Of a stretch of 64,000 nt of DNA, positions 1 to 11,234 are shown piece after piece. The notes beneath the pieces were generated by a model. That model made no database searches and was not told the DNA's origin. It saw nothing but the letters and a program-made list of their open reading frames with translations. The translations under genes were made by a program, and so were the position numbers. Each line of letters starts with the position of its first letter. Position 1 is the first letter of the stretch. The stretch is taken from assembly GCA_013239625.1 (NCBI GenBank), contig MU057344.1, forward strand, positions 1,924,276-1,988,275. The letters run 5' to 3'. The stretch comes from Lama guanicoe (taxonomy: Eukaryota).

Positions 1-55
1 CCGGGGAGAACTTGCACAGCAGGCTGGACAGCTTGAACACCTCGGAGAAGTTCAT
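1..55 (-). CDS. WRAP73: WD repeat protein WRAP73 (WDR8), start of coding exon 1; continues left of the window
   Basis: Reverse complement reads ccgccATG AAC TTC TCC GAG GTG TTC AAG CTG TCC AGC CTG CTG TGC AAG TTC TCC CCG = MNFSEVFKLSSLLCKFSP. This matches the recalled WRAP73 N-terminus and the known head-to-head synteny with TP73. Confidence 0.95.
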   Translation of the reverse strand, partial: MNFSEVFKLSSLLCKFSP

Positions 56-310
56 GGCGGCCGCCGAACCCCTCGCCCGCGAAGCCGGGCCGGCACAGCC
101 CGCCGCAACCACCCCTCCGCGGCCGGAAGTGACGCTGAGGCGGGAAGCACGCCGCAGCCAATCAGGGCCCAGGGCGCGCGCGCGGCATTGTGGGGCTCGT
201 AGTTCTCCCCGCCCCGCACGCCACAGCGCTGTGAGGCTGGCGCCGCTTTTCGTCCCACCCGGGATTTCCGCCAGTCACCGAGCGGGAGAGGCCTCGAGGT
301 CCCCTCCGGC
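56..310 (-). promoter_or_regulatory. WRAP73 CpG-island promoter / 5'UTR
   Basis: CpG-dense. ETS/GABPA site CCGGAAGTG at 123-131, CCAAT at 158-162, and a ZNF143-type ACTACnnnnCCCACAATGC motif on the minus strand at ~184-204. Confidence 0.75.
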
Positions 311-694
311 TAGGGTTGCCAGATAAAATGCAGGACGTACACTTAAACTGAATTTCAGATAAGCAACGAGTCATTTTCTAGGGTAAATATGTTCCCAACT
401 ATCTACATAGCACATATTTATAACAAAATTATCCCCTTATCTGAAATCCAAATTTAACTGGCGTCCTGTGTGTATTTCTATGTATTTGTTTAATGTAAAT
501 ACTTTTATTTACATTTTATTTTATTACAATTTTATTTACATGCAAATATATCCACACATAAATAGGCGCTCGTATAGATATAATAGATGCTATAGCGCAT
601 AATACATACATAACACGTGTACTGTATTTTATACATAGAATATAAATAAAAACTCGTTTTTCCTCGTTTGTCTTTTGGCTAAATCTGGCAACCA
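311..694. mobile_element. MER53-like palindromic non-autonomous DNA transposon, interrupted by AT-rich sequence
   Basis: Terminal inverted repeats TAGGGTTGCCAGAT (311) and ATCTGGCAACC (683-693). Internal inverted arms aatttcagataag and cttatctgaaat...aatttaactggcgtcctg match the recalled MER53 consensus. Confidence 0.75.
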
Positions 695-699
695 CGCCT

Positions 700-3400
700 G
701 CAGCGAGGCCGTCACTTCGCGCTCAGGAGGGCATCGGATCAGGAAGAGAACGAATTTGATGCTTGCTCCGCAGGGAGAGCACCCGGGTGCTGTGCACCCG
801 CCTGTCCGTCGCACGCACGCACCTGCGCTCGGACCTGCGCAGAGAAGGACACCCAGGCCCGGACCCGGGGCCAGCCGCACCCGCCCTCGGACCGGACCGC
901 AGCGAGCACCCTCGTCGGCGCTGCCTCTGCCGACCTTGCTCGCTGCCCGGCGCGTGCCTGTCCTCTCGCCCAGTGGGGACCCCGGTCCTTTTCTCCCAAC
1001 AGCAGCCTCCCCGCACCTGGTCCAGGACCCGCGGGCGCGTCCGCTGCTCACGGGTTCGCGCGGACTCTGACACCCAGCCCCGACCCTGCATTCTGAGAAC
1101 CAAGACCCGACCTGGGTCTTCCTCGCACCTCCGCGCGCCCAGCCCGGGCCTGCGCCCTGCAGAAGCCCTCCGCCCCACCCCCAACTTCCCTGAACGAAAA
1201 GGTTGAGGATGCAAGCAGGCGTCCTGCTTCGCAGTGCCGGCATTTTCTGTCCCCGGCCAGTTCAACCCCCGATTGTGATTCATCTTTGGGTCCCGCCCCC
1301 TGCTCCCGCACCTTGCAAACAATAGGTGAGCAATAAAAGTGCGTGGAAGTCTGCCAGACGCGCCAGGTGAGGTGCGGACCTCGTGCAGCCAGGGTCTGCA
1401 CCAGCCGGGGGTGCGCACAGTTCCACGGGCGACACCGACGCGGGGCTCCCTTTGGCCTGGGGGCACTGGTTCGGAGGCAGATAACCGGTCCTTTGAGCAC
1501 CAGTAGGCAGCGCACAACAGGTGCCGCCGTCGAGAGCCTTTCAAAACTCATCCTGCATGTCAGGTTCTTCAGCGGAGGCCCCGACGTGCTAGGTGGGAGC
1601 CCTGGAAGCCCAGGTCTGCCCTGGGGGGAGGCCCGGACCTTGGAGCCACAGGTGTCGCGGGCCCGAGAGAAGCCTCGACCTGAGGCGGGTCTCTGCGCGC
1701 AGAAAGCAATGCCTCGTGCACGACTCACGTGTCGTCGTGGACACCCGCGCCTGTCTGCGCAACGAGGAACGGAATCCTACCCCCGGGGCCAGGAGGCAGT
1801 GGCCGGGGGAGGGGGCAAGGTGCGGGCCGCGGGACCTGGGAGTGTTTGCTTTCCTTGTTACTACTCCCTAGGGACCGTGGGACACGTCTTCCACCCAGGA
1901 AGACAGCAGGCTGGGGCCGAGAGAGTCACGCGTCCAGAGGGTCGCAGCTGATCCGCAATGAGGGGCGGGGCCCCGGCGAGGTCGTGACCTCCACTGCGTG
2001 AGCGGCGTGGGTGGCGGGCTCTCCTGGGCGGAGGAGCCGGGCTAATGCCACCCGGAAGCAGGTAGCTCGACTTAAGCCCCGGTCCTGAGGCCGAGACCTT
2101 CCCCGTCCCTCTCGGCCACTGGCAGTGCGGACCCGGGTGGCGACACCCCTGTGATGCGCGGCGCTTCTCCTGGCCCCTTGGATTCCCAGCGCCTGGCGCG
2201 GAGGTGTCCAGTGCCCATGGGGGCGGAGGGGCGAGACCCGGAAGATGCAACGTCTGGGGAAGGAAGGCATCGGGACGCGGGGTCTGCATCTCTGCCCCGC
2301 CGCTCCGGCTCCCGCGCGCCCTTCTCCGCGCCCCCAAGCCGGCCGAGGGTCGCCGTCCCGTCTCCACAGCAGCAGGGCCCCAGCGCCCGGGGCGCGTCCA
2401 GCCAAGGCAGGCGGCCCCGCCGGGGCCGGCAGGGGAGACGCGCGCCAAAAGGCGGCGGGAAGGAGGCGGGGCGGAGCGCGCCCCGGGACCCCGACTCGGC
2501 CGCGGCCAGCTGCGGGGGCGGAGCGCCAGGCGGCAACCTCGGCCCCAGCCTGGCCCCGCCGCCGCGCGCTCCTCCCGCCACGGCTGAGCGGCCCGCGCGC
2601 TGCCTTCCCGCCCGCCGGCTGCGGAAGGCGCTAACGCCCGCGGCCACCCCCTCCCCGCGGCGCCTCCCCTCCCCGCGCCCATATAACCCGCCTCGGCGGC
2701 CGGCGCCCGCCCTGCCTCCCTGCCCGCGGCCGCCCAGCCGCGCCCGCCTTTCGGCCCGCGTCCGCCTTGCGCTCACGAAGGGGTTACGCGGCGCAGCCCG
2801 GGCCAGCGCCGGGCCGGCTCGGGCATCGATTCCTGGGGCTCCGACGGCACCAGGTAGGCAGCACCGGAGCCCGGCGCGAGGGCGCCGGGGCGCGGCTGGG
2901 CTCCACCTGCGGGGCCCGAGCCCGGGGCGGCCGGCACACAGGCTCGCGGCTCCGAAGCTGGGAGTCGGTGAGGGGGAGATGGTGCACGGACTCGAGAGAG
3001 GGTGACGTGGGGGCTCCCTCGAGTCCGACCAGCTCCTGGGATGGGGCACGGGCGGGGTTGCGGGGGGGAGGGAGCCAGCCGGCCAGAGTCCAGCCCGCGA
3101 GGAGCTGCGGGCTCCTGCCGGCCATGCGGCGGCCTTTGGGGCCAGAAGCAGCCTCACTGGTATTCCCGGAGGGTCTTCCTCGGGCAAACCTCGCTCCACC
3201 CCAGCTTCGAGGGGAGGCTGAGAATGTGACCCCGGGAAGAGGCTCGGTCGGGGCTGCAGACGCGGGTGGAGGTTGGGAGACTGCCTGTCTCTGACAGGCT
3301 CCTCCCCGCTGGGCGCCGGACTCCCTCTGAACCCACGAGGGCTGTACCAATCCGGCGGCGCCAGCCGCCCCACCCTCAAGGATGAATGAGGCCTTCCCCT
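700..3400. promoter_or_regulatory. CpG island over the TP73 P1 (TA) promoter, exon 1 and start of intron 1
   Basis: Very high CpG density. E2F site CGCGCCAAAA at 2441-2450 (TTTTGGCGCG on minus), GGCGGGAA at 2454-2461, GC boxes, and TATA-like ATATAA at 2681-2686. Confidence 0.85.
2779..2853 (+). other. TP73: TP73 non-coding exon 1 (5' boundary approximate)
   Basis: Lies downstream of the TATA-like box, resembles recalled human exon 1 (...ggggct.cgacggc..cag) and ends at donor CAG|GTAGGC (2853|2854). Confidence 0.75.
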
Positions 3401-4325
3401 GGACCAGGAAAACTGGGCATGACTCCTAAGCTGGACCCGGAGGGTAGGCCACTAAACTGGATTCCACAGGGGCATCTCTCAGTGGCGCTGAGTTGGTCCG
3501 GGTACCCTAGCTCCTCAGTCTGTAACAGTTGGGGGAAGGAGGGGTCAGAATTTGGCCCCTGGGCCGCCCGGCCAGAGACACCTCCTTTTTCCTGCGTCCC
3601 TTCTCTCCTAGCCCTCCGTGCCCTGCTGCCACCGTCTTTTAGACCTTGGACTGGGAGGGGGAGCTATTATTACCTTCTTACTCAGCTTGTATTTTTGTCT
3701 GGTTCCTAAGTGGATTTGCACACAGTATGCACGTGTCTACATAAATAAAAGGGGGTGTCAGGTAGACCATTGTCAACCAGCAAGGGGCCGGGAGACAGTG
3801 CACGGCTCATTTCTGACCAGAGGTCATGTGGTCCAAGTGTACTGTGGTCTGTTTATTAAATGATGGACTTTGGGGAGCCATTAGCTGAATGCTTTTGTTT
3901 TGTTTTGTTTGCTGTCACTGCTGCTGTTTATTTGTTTCGCCTGAACAGCTAGCTTTGGAGAAAATGCATTGCCCCCCTTTCATGTTTGCCAAAAGTCCAG
4001 CACCCGTGTTTTGATTTACTCAATAAAAGTTAAAAAAGAATTGCATCGAGGACAAAAACACAAAGTATTTGGAATTTTGCAACATACAATTGTATGCTTT
4101 AAGCGTGTGATTCTAAAAATAGGATCAAAAGTCCAGCATCAGAAGCTGGCAGGGTGTCGGCAAGGGGATGCTGGAGGGGCAGCCCCAGGAAGGTCGGCCC
4201 CGGCCCTCAGGCCTGGTGCAGGCTCTGGGGAATAGGGTCACTGTCTCCAAATTCTGCAGGGCGGCCCCATGGGAGGGCCAGTCTGGTGCCACGGTTCATC
4301 GGGTAGGCGGAGAATTCAGAATATT

Positions 4326-4515
4326 AGGGTTCAAATCCCCTCTTCGACACTTACTCATCCTGGACCTTCTGAAAGTTTCCTAACCACTCTGAGCCTCAGT
4401 TTACCCATCTGTAAAGAAGGGCGGTGATAGCCCCTGCCCTAGAGGGTTGTGGGAACAGTAACCAAGACGCCGTCCGTATCTAAAGTGCTCAGAATGGTGC
4501 CTGGCGCCCACAAGT
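4326..4515 (+). mobile_element. MIR SINE
   Basis: gggttcaaatccc...ctctgagcctcagtttacccatctgtaaa core, then ...taaagtgctcagaatggtgcctggc. Confidence 0.8.
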
Positions 4516-5806
4516 GGGCCCCAAAGTGTTGGCTGTTGTTGCTCCTCCAGGGTCCGGAGAACCTGAAGCCCTTGGTGGTGTTGGGTAGGGGACACAGTTC
4601 CCTGGTAGCCTGCAGCTCTCCCCGGCAGGGGACGGAATGGCTGGCAGTGAGGCAGGAATCTGCCCGTGGCCTGGGCGGAGGCTGGTGGCCTCTGTCAGGG
4701 GTACCATAGCAAGGATGCGTGCTTTAGCAGTTATTTATAGGGGACGCCCCACCCCCCTCCACGAATGGGTTGCAGACAGCGCAGCTAAGATGGGCCTGAA
4801 AAGGAGAGACTGAGGACTTAGGGAGAGGACCTGGCGGAGGTCCTGCCTGTAGCCAAGGACGGCATTCACCCTGAGATCCCGACACCCAGAAGGAAAGTGC
4901 GCATTCGTCTGGCAGACGATTTCAGGTCACCAGATTCAAGGGGAAATTTATCCTCTCCGTGCTTGTGTAGAAGTCCTTGCACACACGGTGAACTGCGTTT
5001 GCAAAAACGCAGAAATATGCTTCAAATGCATGTTTCTCCTACCCAGCCCCCGTAAGAGGGAAGGGCTCATTTTTGTTTTCTAATTTGGGGATTTCTGTGG
5101 GAGGGCTGAGTCAATGTTTTTGAAACCTGTTACTGATTTCCATTCATACAGAGAAAAGGAAAAAAGAAACTGAGAGGAGTCGTTCAGTAGCTCCTTGCTC
5201 CCTGTCACCCTGATGATGCTTCTGTCTGGAGGGCAAAAGCCTTCTTACTCTGGGGGATTTTCATCCCCAGGGCACTGTGTGGCAATTCACCCCCGCCAGG
5301 TGCTCCCATGTCCTGCCTGCCCAGATTTGTACAACATAGAAAACACATCTGGAACTAACGCATCCATTTCTGTAATCAAAACATGCAATGTCTGTTTTTT
5401 TTAATAGTTTGCCTTCTTAAGTAGGTTACATGGGATGCCTGGAAAAATCTTTTCTGTGTGTGCTATGCAGAGGAAGCCTGGCTCTTTACAAGAAGATCTC
5501 CCTCTGCTCATTGGGGTTCAAGCCGAAGCTGGCTGTGAGAGTCTGCGCAAGTGAACATAAACTTTCTACCTGCCTCCAGCTGGTCGGGTTTGCAAACCAG
5601 ACGTTCACCCCTCAAAAGTGATTTCTTTTTCTGGAGATGCTCCTCCAGATCAGAGACCCAAAGAGAGCAAAAATCCTTCCCAGTGCATGACAGTCTCCAA
5701 ATTTCGTTTGTGCTCGTCACTGGGTTGAAACGGTGGATCCTCAGACCTGCTCCCTGAGGCCTCATCATCCCCAGAACGCAAGTTTGCTTTTTAATATCAT
5801 CATGAC

Positions 5807-6232
5807 CGTGTTAGCTTCCTGGGGCTGCCGTGACAGATTACCACCAACTAGGGCTTGAAACAGCAGAAACATTCTCTCGTGGCCCGGAGGCGAGAAGTCC
5901 CAGATCCAGGTGGGCAGGGCCGGCCCCTTTTGAAGGCTCTGAGGGAGAATCGGTCGTGTCTCCGTCCCAGCCTGCTGGGCTTGTAGACACGTCACCCCGA
6001 ACCCTGCCTCCGTGCACACTTGGCCCCCTCTCTGTGTCTGTGTCTCTCCTTTTCTGTCTCTTGTATGGACACTCGTCACTGGACTGAGGGCCCCCTGTAA
6101 CTCAGGGTGACCTCGTCTGGAGAGCTTTCCCTTTTACGTCTGCAAAGTCCCTCATTCCAGACAAGGTCATGTTCTAAGGTTCTGGGTAGACCAGTCTTTT
6201 TGGGGGGTGGAGGGTTGCTGTTCAGCCCACCA
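5807..6232 (-). mobile_element. MLT1 (MLT1B/C-like) ERVL-MaLR solo LTR
   Basis: ttagcttcctggggctgccgtgacagattaccac...gaaggctctgagggagaatc...acgtctgcaaagtccctcattccagacaaggtcat...ttcagcccacca follows the recalled reverse MLT1 consensus. Confidence 0.75.
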
Positions 6233-6293
6233 GAATAACCAGAATTCAGTGTCATTGGTCTCCCTTGTAATCTTGTGTATTTTGCTTCATGCA

Positions 6294-6414
6294 TTTTGGG
6301 GGGGTCATTAGACTTACTTATCTATTTGTTTGTTTAGTGGAGGGACTGGGGATTGAACCCAGGACCTTGTGCAGGCTAAGCATGCGATCTACCACTGAGC
6401 TATACCCTCCCCCC
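6294..6414 (-). mobile_element. tRNA-Ala-derived SINE (Vic-1-like, camelid type)
   Basis: Minus strand reads GGGGAGGGTATAGCTCAGTGGTAG...GTCCTGGGTTCAATCCCCAGT (A and B boxes) with an A-rich tail. A degenerate TSD flanks it: tgcttcatgcattt (6283-6296) / tactttctgcattt (6415-6428). Confidence 0.8.
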
Positions 6415-9400
6415 TACTTTCTGCATTTGAAATACTCTTCTGAGAATCGGTCCTCAGCCTTCGGGCCGCCAGGGGCCATGGCACAAAAGGTGAAGAAATT
6501 TGTTCTAAGCCACGTCCCTCCTTGGCGAAGTAGGAGCAGGAGACCACCCGCTCCATTCCAAGCACGGCCAGGGGTGGAGGGGGTCCCTCGCCCAGCTTAC
6601 TGGCTCTCCCCAGCCCGTCCCCCTGCCCCCATGTCCACAGCCTCTGCGTCCTGGGAAACAGGCCACCCCTTCACACCCCCGCATCCTCTCTCGTCAAGGA
6701 CGGCTTGGGCCAGCACGGCCCCCAGAGTTGGGAGAGAGAGGACACACATGGAGTGGCTGCGGCCATCAGCCATCGGCATGGCCATCGGTGCTGTAGAGAC
6801 TAGCTGGGAGGTGGGTGGGCGGGAGGGGTCAGGGAGGTGCCTCAGAGGGAGTAGACCCGGGAGAGGGGCCAGGCAGCAGGGTGGGCTCTGCTGGGTTCAG
6901 AGAGGGGAGATGGGGGCACCGAAGGCAGGTCTCAGAGTGTGGGGTGGACATTTCAGGCAGCACTATAGGGTCCATGGCTGGGACATTCTGTGGACCTTGG
7001 AGTTGGAATCAGGTCCCCCAAAGAGTGAGCCCCGGGAAGGACCTGGGAGCGAGAACCAGGCTTCAGGCCAGCCCCCTCTTCTGTTCTCCCATCCGTGTTT
7101 TGGGTCTAAGGATGAGTTAAAACTTTGGCAGTAGAACATCATATGCGCCCCCTCTCATGCACCTGCTCCTGGGTGTTCACCCCTACTGACAGTTGGGCAC
7201 TGAAGCGAGAAACCTCAAACCGAGCGACTAAATCAGATTGCAGGTGTTGATCTGGCCGCCATGCCTGGCACACGGTGGGCAGAGGGCACAGCGGGCAGGG
7301 CCCTGGGCTGGCAGTCCGGACAGTCGTCCAGAGCAGGCCTGGCTCCTCCACGGCCTTGACAAGTCCCCAGGCCTTCATCCATGGAGGGAGGGGGCACCCG
7401 CCTGCACTCTTATGGTGGGAACCCAAGCCGGGACCCCTGCAGACTCCCTCTGAGTGGCCCGCAGGAACGCACCTGAGAACCTCCGAGGGCAGACACAGGG
7501 AGCCCAGGGAAGCTGGCCCAGCGCCCTCCCTCCCCCATCAGGCAGGCCCAGAGCGCTTGGGCCCCCCCCCAACCTCCTGCCAGCCAGGGCTCAGGGGCCT
7601 GGGCAGCGGGGCTGGGCCGGGTGCCCCGGTGGCCCTGCTTTGTGGAGCTGCTCAGGGTGGCTGCACGTGGGAAGGACCTGTTCCTGGTGTGTCCTCACCC
7701 AGTGCCAGCCCGCAAGCTGCTCCTTGAGGCCCTGGGTGACTGTGGGGAGGGGGCGGGGGCTCTAATTGCCCACCTGCTGCTTCGAGGCTCCAGGCCCTGG
7801 GGGGCGGGCATCTGGGGAAGCCTCTCCTTAACTGGACAGGTGGCTTCTCCTGGGGGCAAGGACGCCTGGGCTGCACAAGGTCCTTCCGAATGGGCAGGAG
7901 AGATGCCTCTCACCCCTCCTGCCCGATTTCCTGGGATGTTAGAGGCGGCTTCCCAGGCTGGTCTCTCCATCGAGTTGTGTGAGAAAGACCTCCAGGAGGG
8001 TTTCGCAGCCTCCTGGCCTCCTGGCTCGCCTGGGTGGTGCCCTACCTGCCAGACGGAGGCTGCCCCCGCGTCCTGCACGCTCTGGCTGGGGCTGTGTCGG
8101 GGACAGGCCAGCGTGGGGACCAGCCCGGGGCCCAGTGTGGCTCCTGCCCTCCTGTGAAGTGATGTGGGGGCGGACGGCTTGAAGAGTGCTGACCATGGGG
8201 AGGGGTCCCTCTTCCGCAGAGCCGTCGGGGCTATGGGGGGGGGGAAGCCGTGCTGGAAGCAGTGCCTTCCCAGGCAGGACAGGATCTCCCTGATGTCACC
8301 GGGCTGCCCAGCGCTTGGGCCCCTCAGCCGGCCATTCTCACTATGCGCAATGCAAACTTAGCACAATTCCCCTCAAAGACAGGAAGGGCCGCTGGGCATT
8401 AGCATGCACATCAGAGGAGGAATCCCCAGGTATTTAACGCGCTGTGATGTGCAAAGCCCTGCAGTTAAAGGCCCTTTGACTGACACCCTCGGCCCCCTGC
8501 CCCGCTCAGTGATAACCCACAAAGCCCCCGCAATTAGGAGAGACTCACCGTGGGTTTTTTTTTTCCCTTTCGGCATAAGGCAAGCTCCAACTTGCTTCTG
8601 GCTCTTCGCTTTGATCAGGGACGCTCCTCGACTAATTACTTGGCAGTAACCAGGGAGGAGAACTCAGGTTGTGAAAGCCTCTCCGAGCTTTTAGAACGAA
8701 GCTGCAAATTAAAAATGAGGTATTGGTAAACAGGACGCTAATTGGATTAATGTGGAAATAATGAATGCTGATAAAAATAGCGAAATAGGCAATTGGAAGA
8801 CGGAGGTCAACGTCGTTCCGAGAACGCTGCCTGATCGTCATCTGGTCGATGTGAGTTTTGAAAGTCGCAGAATAACCGGAAGCGTCTACTCCTGACTGCG
8901 GAACGTGCGGGTTAAGTCACGTGCCAGAACGCGCTTTGAACCGAGAAAGCCCCAGCGTGGGCAGAGTGTGTGTGAACCGCGAGCAGTCCTGGCGGGCTGT
9001 GTTTTCAGAGTTTCGGGACTGTCTGACCAGTCATTCTGAGTGGCCCACAGAACCTCACGTGGCACACTTGCTCTTTCCTGTCGTTAAGCTTTGTCCTGTT
9101 TCTCTCCTCCTGGCAAATCCACTGTCGCCAGGTAGAAGGGACGGCGGCTGTGCGTCTGGGCAGGGACGCCGCGTCTGGGATGGACGGGGTGGGAGAGACG
9201 GCTTTGCCTGGCCTGGACCTTTCTGGGCCTTTTGAAATCTGTGCCATCCGACGGCATTGCATTGACCCCAAAATCCACGGAAGGAGACAAAAGTCTCGGC
9301 TAGGCGGCCGACTTTGGAATCAGCCGGTGCAGGTCTGCCATGTGACCTTTCAGAGGCTGGCCCTGAGGTGAGGGGGAGATACCTTCCCCTCGGAGCTGGG

Positions 9401-9439
9401 CCTTGGGGGTTGTAAAAAGTTGGTGTGGCCGCCCTACCT

Positions 9440-9740
9440 TGTGGTCCAAACTAGCCCTGCGCCGCTGATATTTCAGAATTCAGATTAATTTTTATTTTAT
9501 TTTAGAAAAATAACATAGGAGTTGGAGTCTCTGTTATAACACCCCCGAGGGGTCGTATGGGAGTCCCCCACAATCAAGCTCACCCAGTCTCTGCAATGAC
9601 ACAGAAGTATTTACCCTAAAAGGCAACAGGGACCAGGAGGCACCTCGCGTCTGCCCAGAGGCGTCGGCCCCAGAGGTACAGAAAAGCTTTCGGTTTTCCG
9701 AGCTTTTTGGATTTCTAAACACAGGAAAGGGACGTGGGGC
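9440..9740 (+). mobile_element. MER46C-like Tigger DNA transposon
   Basis: tttcagaattcaga...ttttagaaa...taacacccccgaggggtc...aaaagctttcggttttccgagctttttggatttc matches the recalled MER46C consensus. Confidence 0.65.
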
Positions 9741-10294
9741 AGAACGAAGCAGTGTTTCTGGGGACTTGACTCTTGCGTTTATTCGTTGATCACTTGGTAA
9801 CCTGCAGTTCGTGGGGCTTGGAGGCTACAGCCTTGCCCCTCAGTACAGTCAGCTGGATGCCCAGACTGCTCCTCAGAGACCAGGAGCTTGGGAAGCAGGG
9901 TGCGGACGCAGCCGACGCCTGGGGTGCGCTGAGGGCCCCGGGAGCGCACGGTGGCCCAGAGCAGCCTTTGTTCACGGCCAAGAGTGGGACGGGTCTTGCG
10001 CCGCAGGCAGGATGGGCTGTGCCCTGAGCTGAGCTGACAGGACCTCCTGCAGCTTTGGAGCCCCGGCGGCCGGCCCCTCCGGGTTCATCTGGGCAGCACT
10101 CGGAAACTAACACCGCAGAGTGGGGGGCTGGGGCAGGGGGCTGTCGGACGCACAGCAGGTACAGACGCTCCTGGAGTCTCCCAGGGTGGTTCCATCCGGA
10201 CGAGGAAGCCCGTCCCAGGAAGCGCAGGAGGTGCTTGCCCGGGATGTGTCTGGATGGGGTGGGTTCTTCAGCGCTTGTTTCCTAATGGCTCTTA

Positions 10295-10460
10295 GGCTCA
10301 GGTGTGCTGTGTGCAGCTGTATGACATCGAACTCATCCCTTCGTCTCTGTGCCCCGGTTTCCTCCCCTGTGAAATGGGGACAGTAGTTCTCCCAGGGTTG
10401 ACGGGATGCTCAGGGCTCGTGTGTGAAGTGCTTTCCCTGGCACCCGGTGCACAGTCAGCC
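10295..10460 (+). mobile_element. MIR SINE
   Basis: tctctgtgccccggtttcctcccctgtgaaatggggacagtag...gtgtgaagtgctttccctggcacccggtgcacagt. Confidence 0.7.
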
Positions 10461-11219
10461 TCGTGTTGGGGGCGGGGGGGCACAGAGTAGTCACAGAGAT
10501 TTGTCCGCTGTTGACTTTCTTCCCTCCTTCCTTCCTTTCTACTGAAGTCTAGTCAGTGCACAATGTTGCATCCATTTCTGGTGCACACCTCACGTTTCCA
10601 CCATCCGCATACATAGCACATTCATTTTCATTCTCTCTTTCATTACAGTTACCGCAAGATGTTGAATACAGTTGTCTGCTCCTGACGTTCAGACACACTT
10701 GCAGGGCCTCGTCGTTGTATGAGGAGGGGCTCCTGAGAGATACTGGGGCAGGAGGAGGGTCACCCGATGGTGCAAGGTGGGGTGGGCAGGAGAGTGGCCT
10801 TAAACACCCGCCCCGAGCTCCCCCCCACTGCGCAGTCTTCACTCCAGCCGGAAGTAGTGGTTCACCGTGGCTGCAGCGTGGTTGCAGCTGAGCACCACAA
10901 CAGAGGGCTCACGCGGACGCTTCTGGAAAGGAGGAGAAAGCTTCCTCAAAGGCTTCCACATCCTAATCCCCTGAACCGGTGACTGGTTTCACAGGAGGAG
11001 GGAAGTGATTCAGTCAGGGACCTCGAGATGGGTGGTGACCCTGGGGGACCTGGCTGGCCCCGTGTCATCATAGGGGTCCCTGTGAGGGGAGGGGGAGGGG
11101 CAGAGCCGGAGAGAAGGAGATGCTGGAGGGGTGCTTTTGTGAAGACGGAGGAGGCCACGAGCCAAGCAGCCCAGCCCTGCTCTCCTCTCCCGACCTCCTG
11201 CCTCCCCGGTAAGGACCCA

Positions 11220-11234
11220 CGTTGCTTAGCAACG
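11220..11234. promoter_or_regulatory. Candidate RFX X-box
   Basis: Perfect interrupted palindrome CGTTGCT-T-AGCAACG. Motif only; no binding evidence. Confidence 0.5.

Noticed and set aside
311-470. miR-1302-like hairpin from MER53
   Set aside because: Arms are diverged and the element is interrupted; the sequence alone gives no evidence of processing.
2072-3379. 435-aa minus-strand ORF and overlapping long ORFs across the P1 CpG island
   Set aside because: Pro/Arg/Gly/Ala low-complexity translation with no recognisable domain; open frames on both strands are expected from stop-codon scarcity in GC-rich DNA.
6340-6414. Possible tRNA-Ala gene
   Set aside because: Diverged stems and anticodon region, attached A-rich SINE tail and flanking TSD indicate a SINE.
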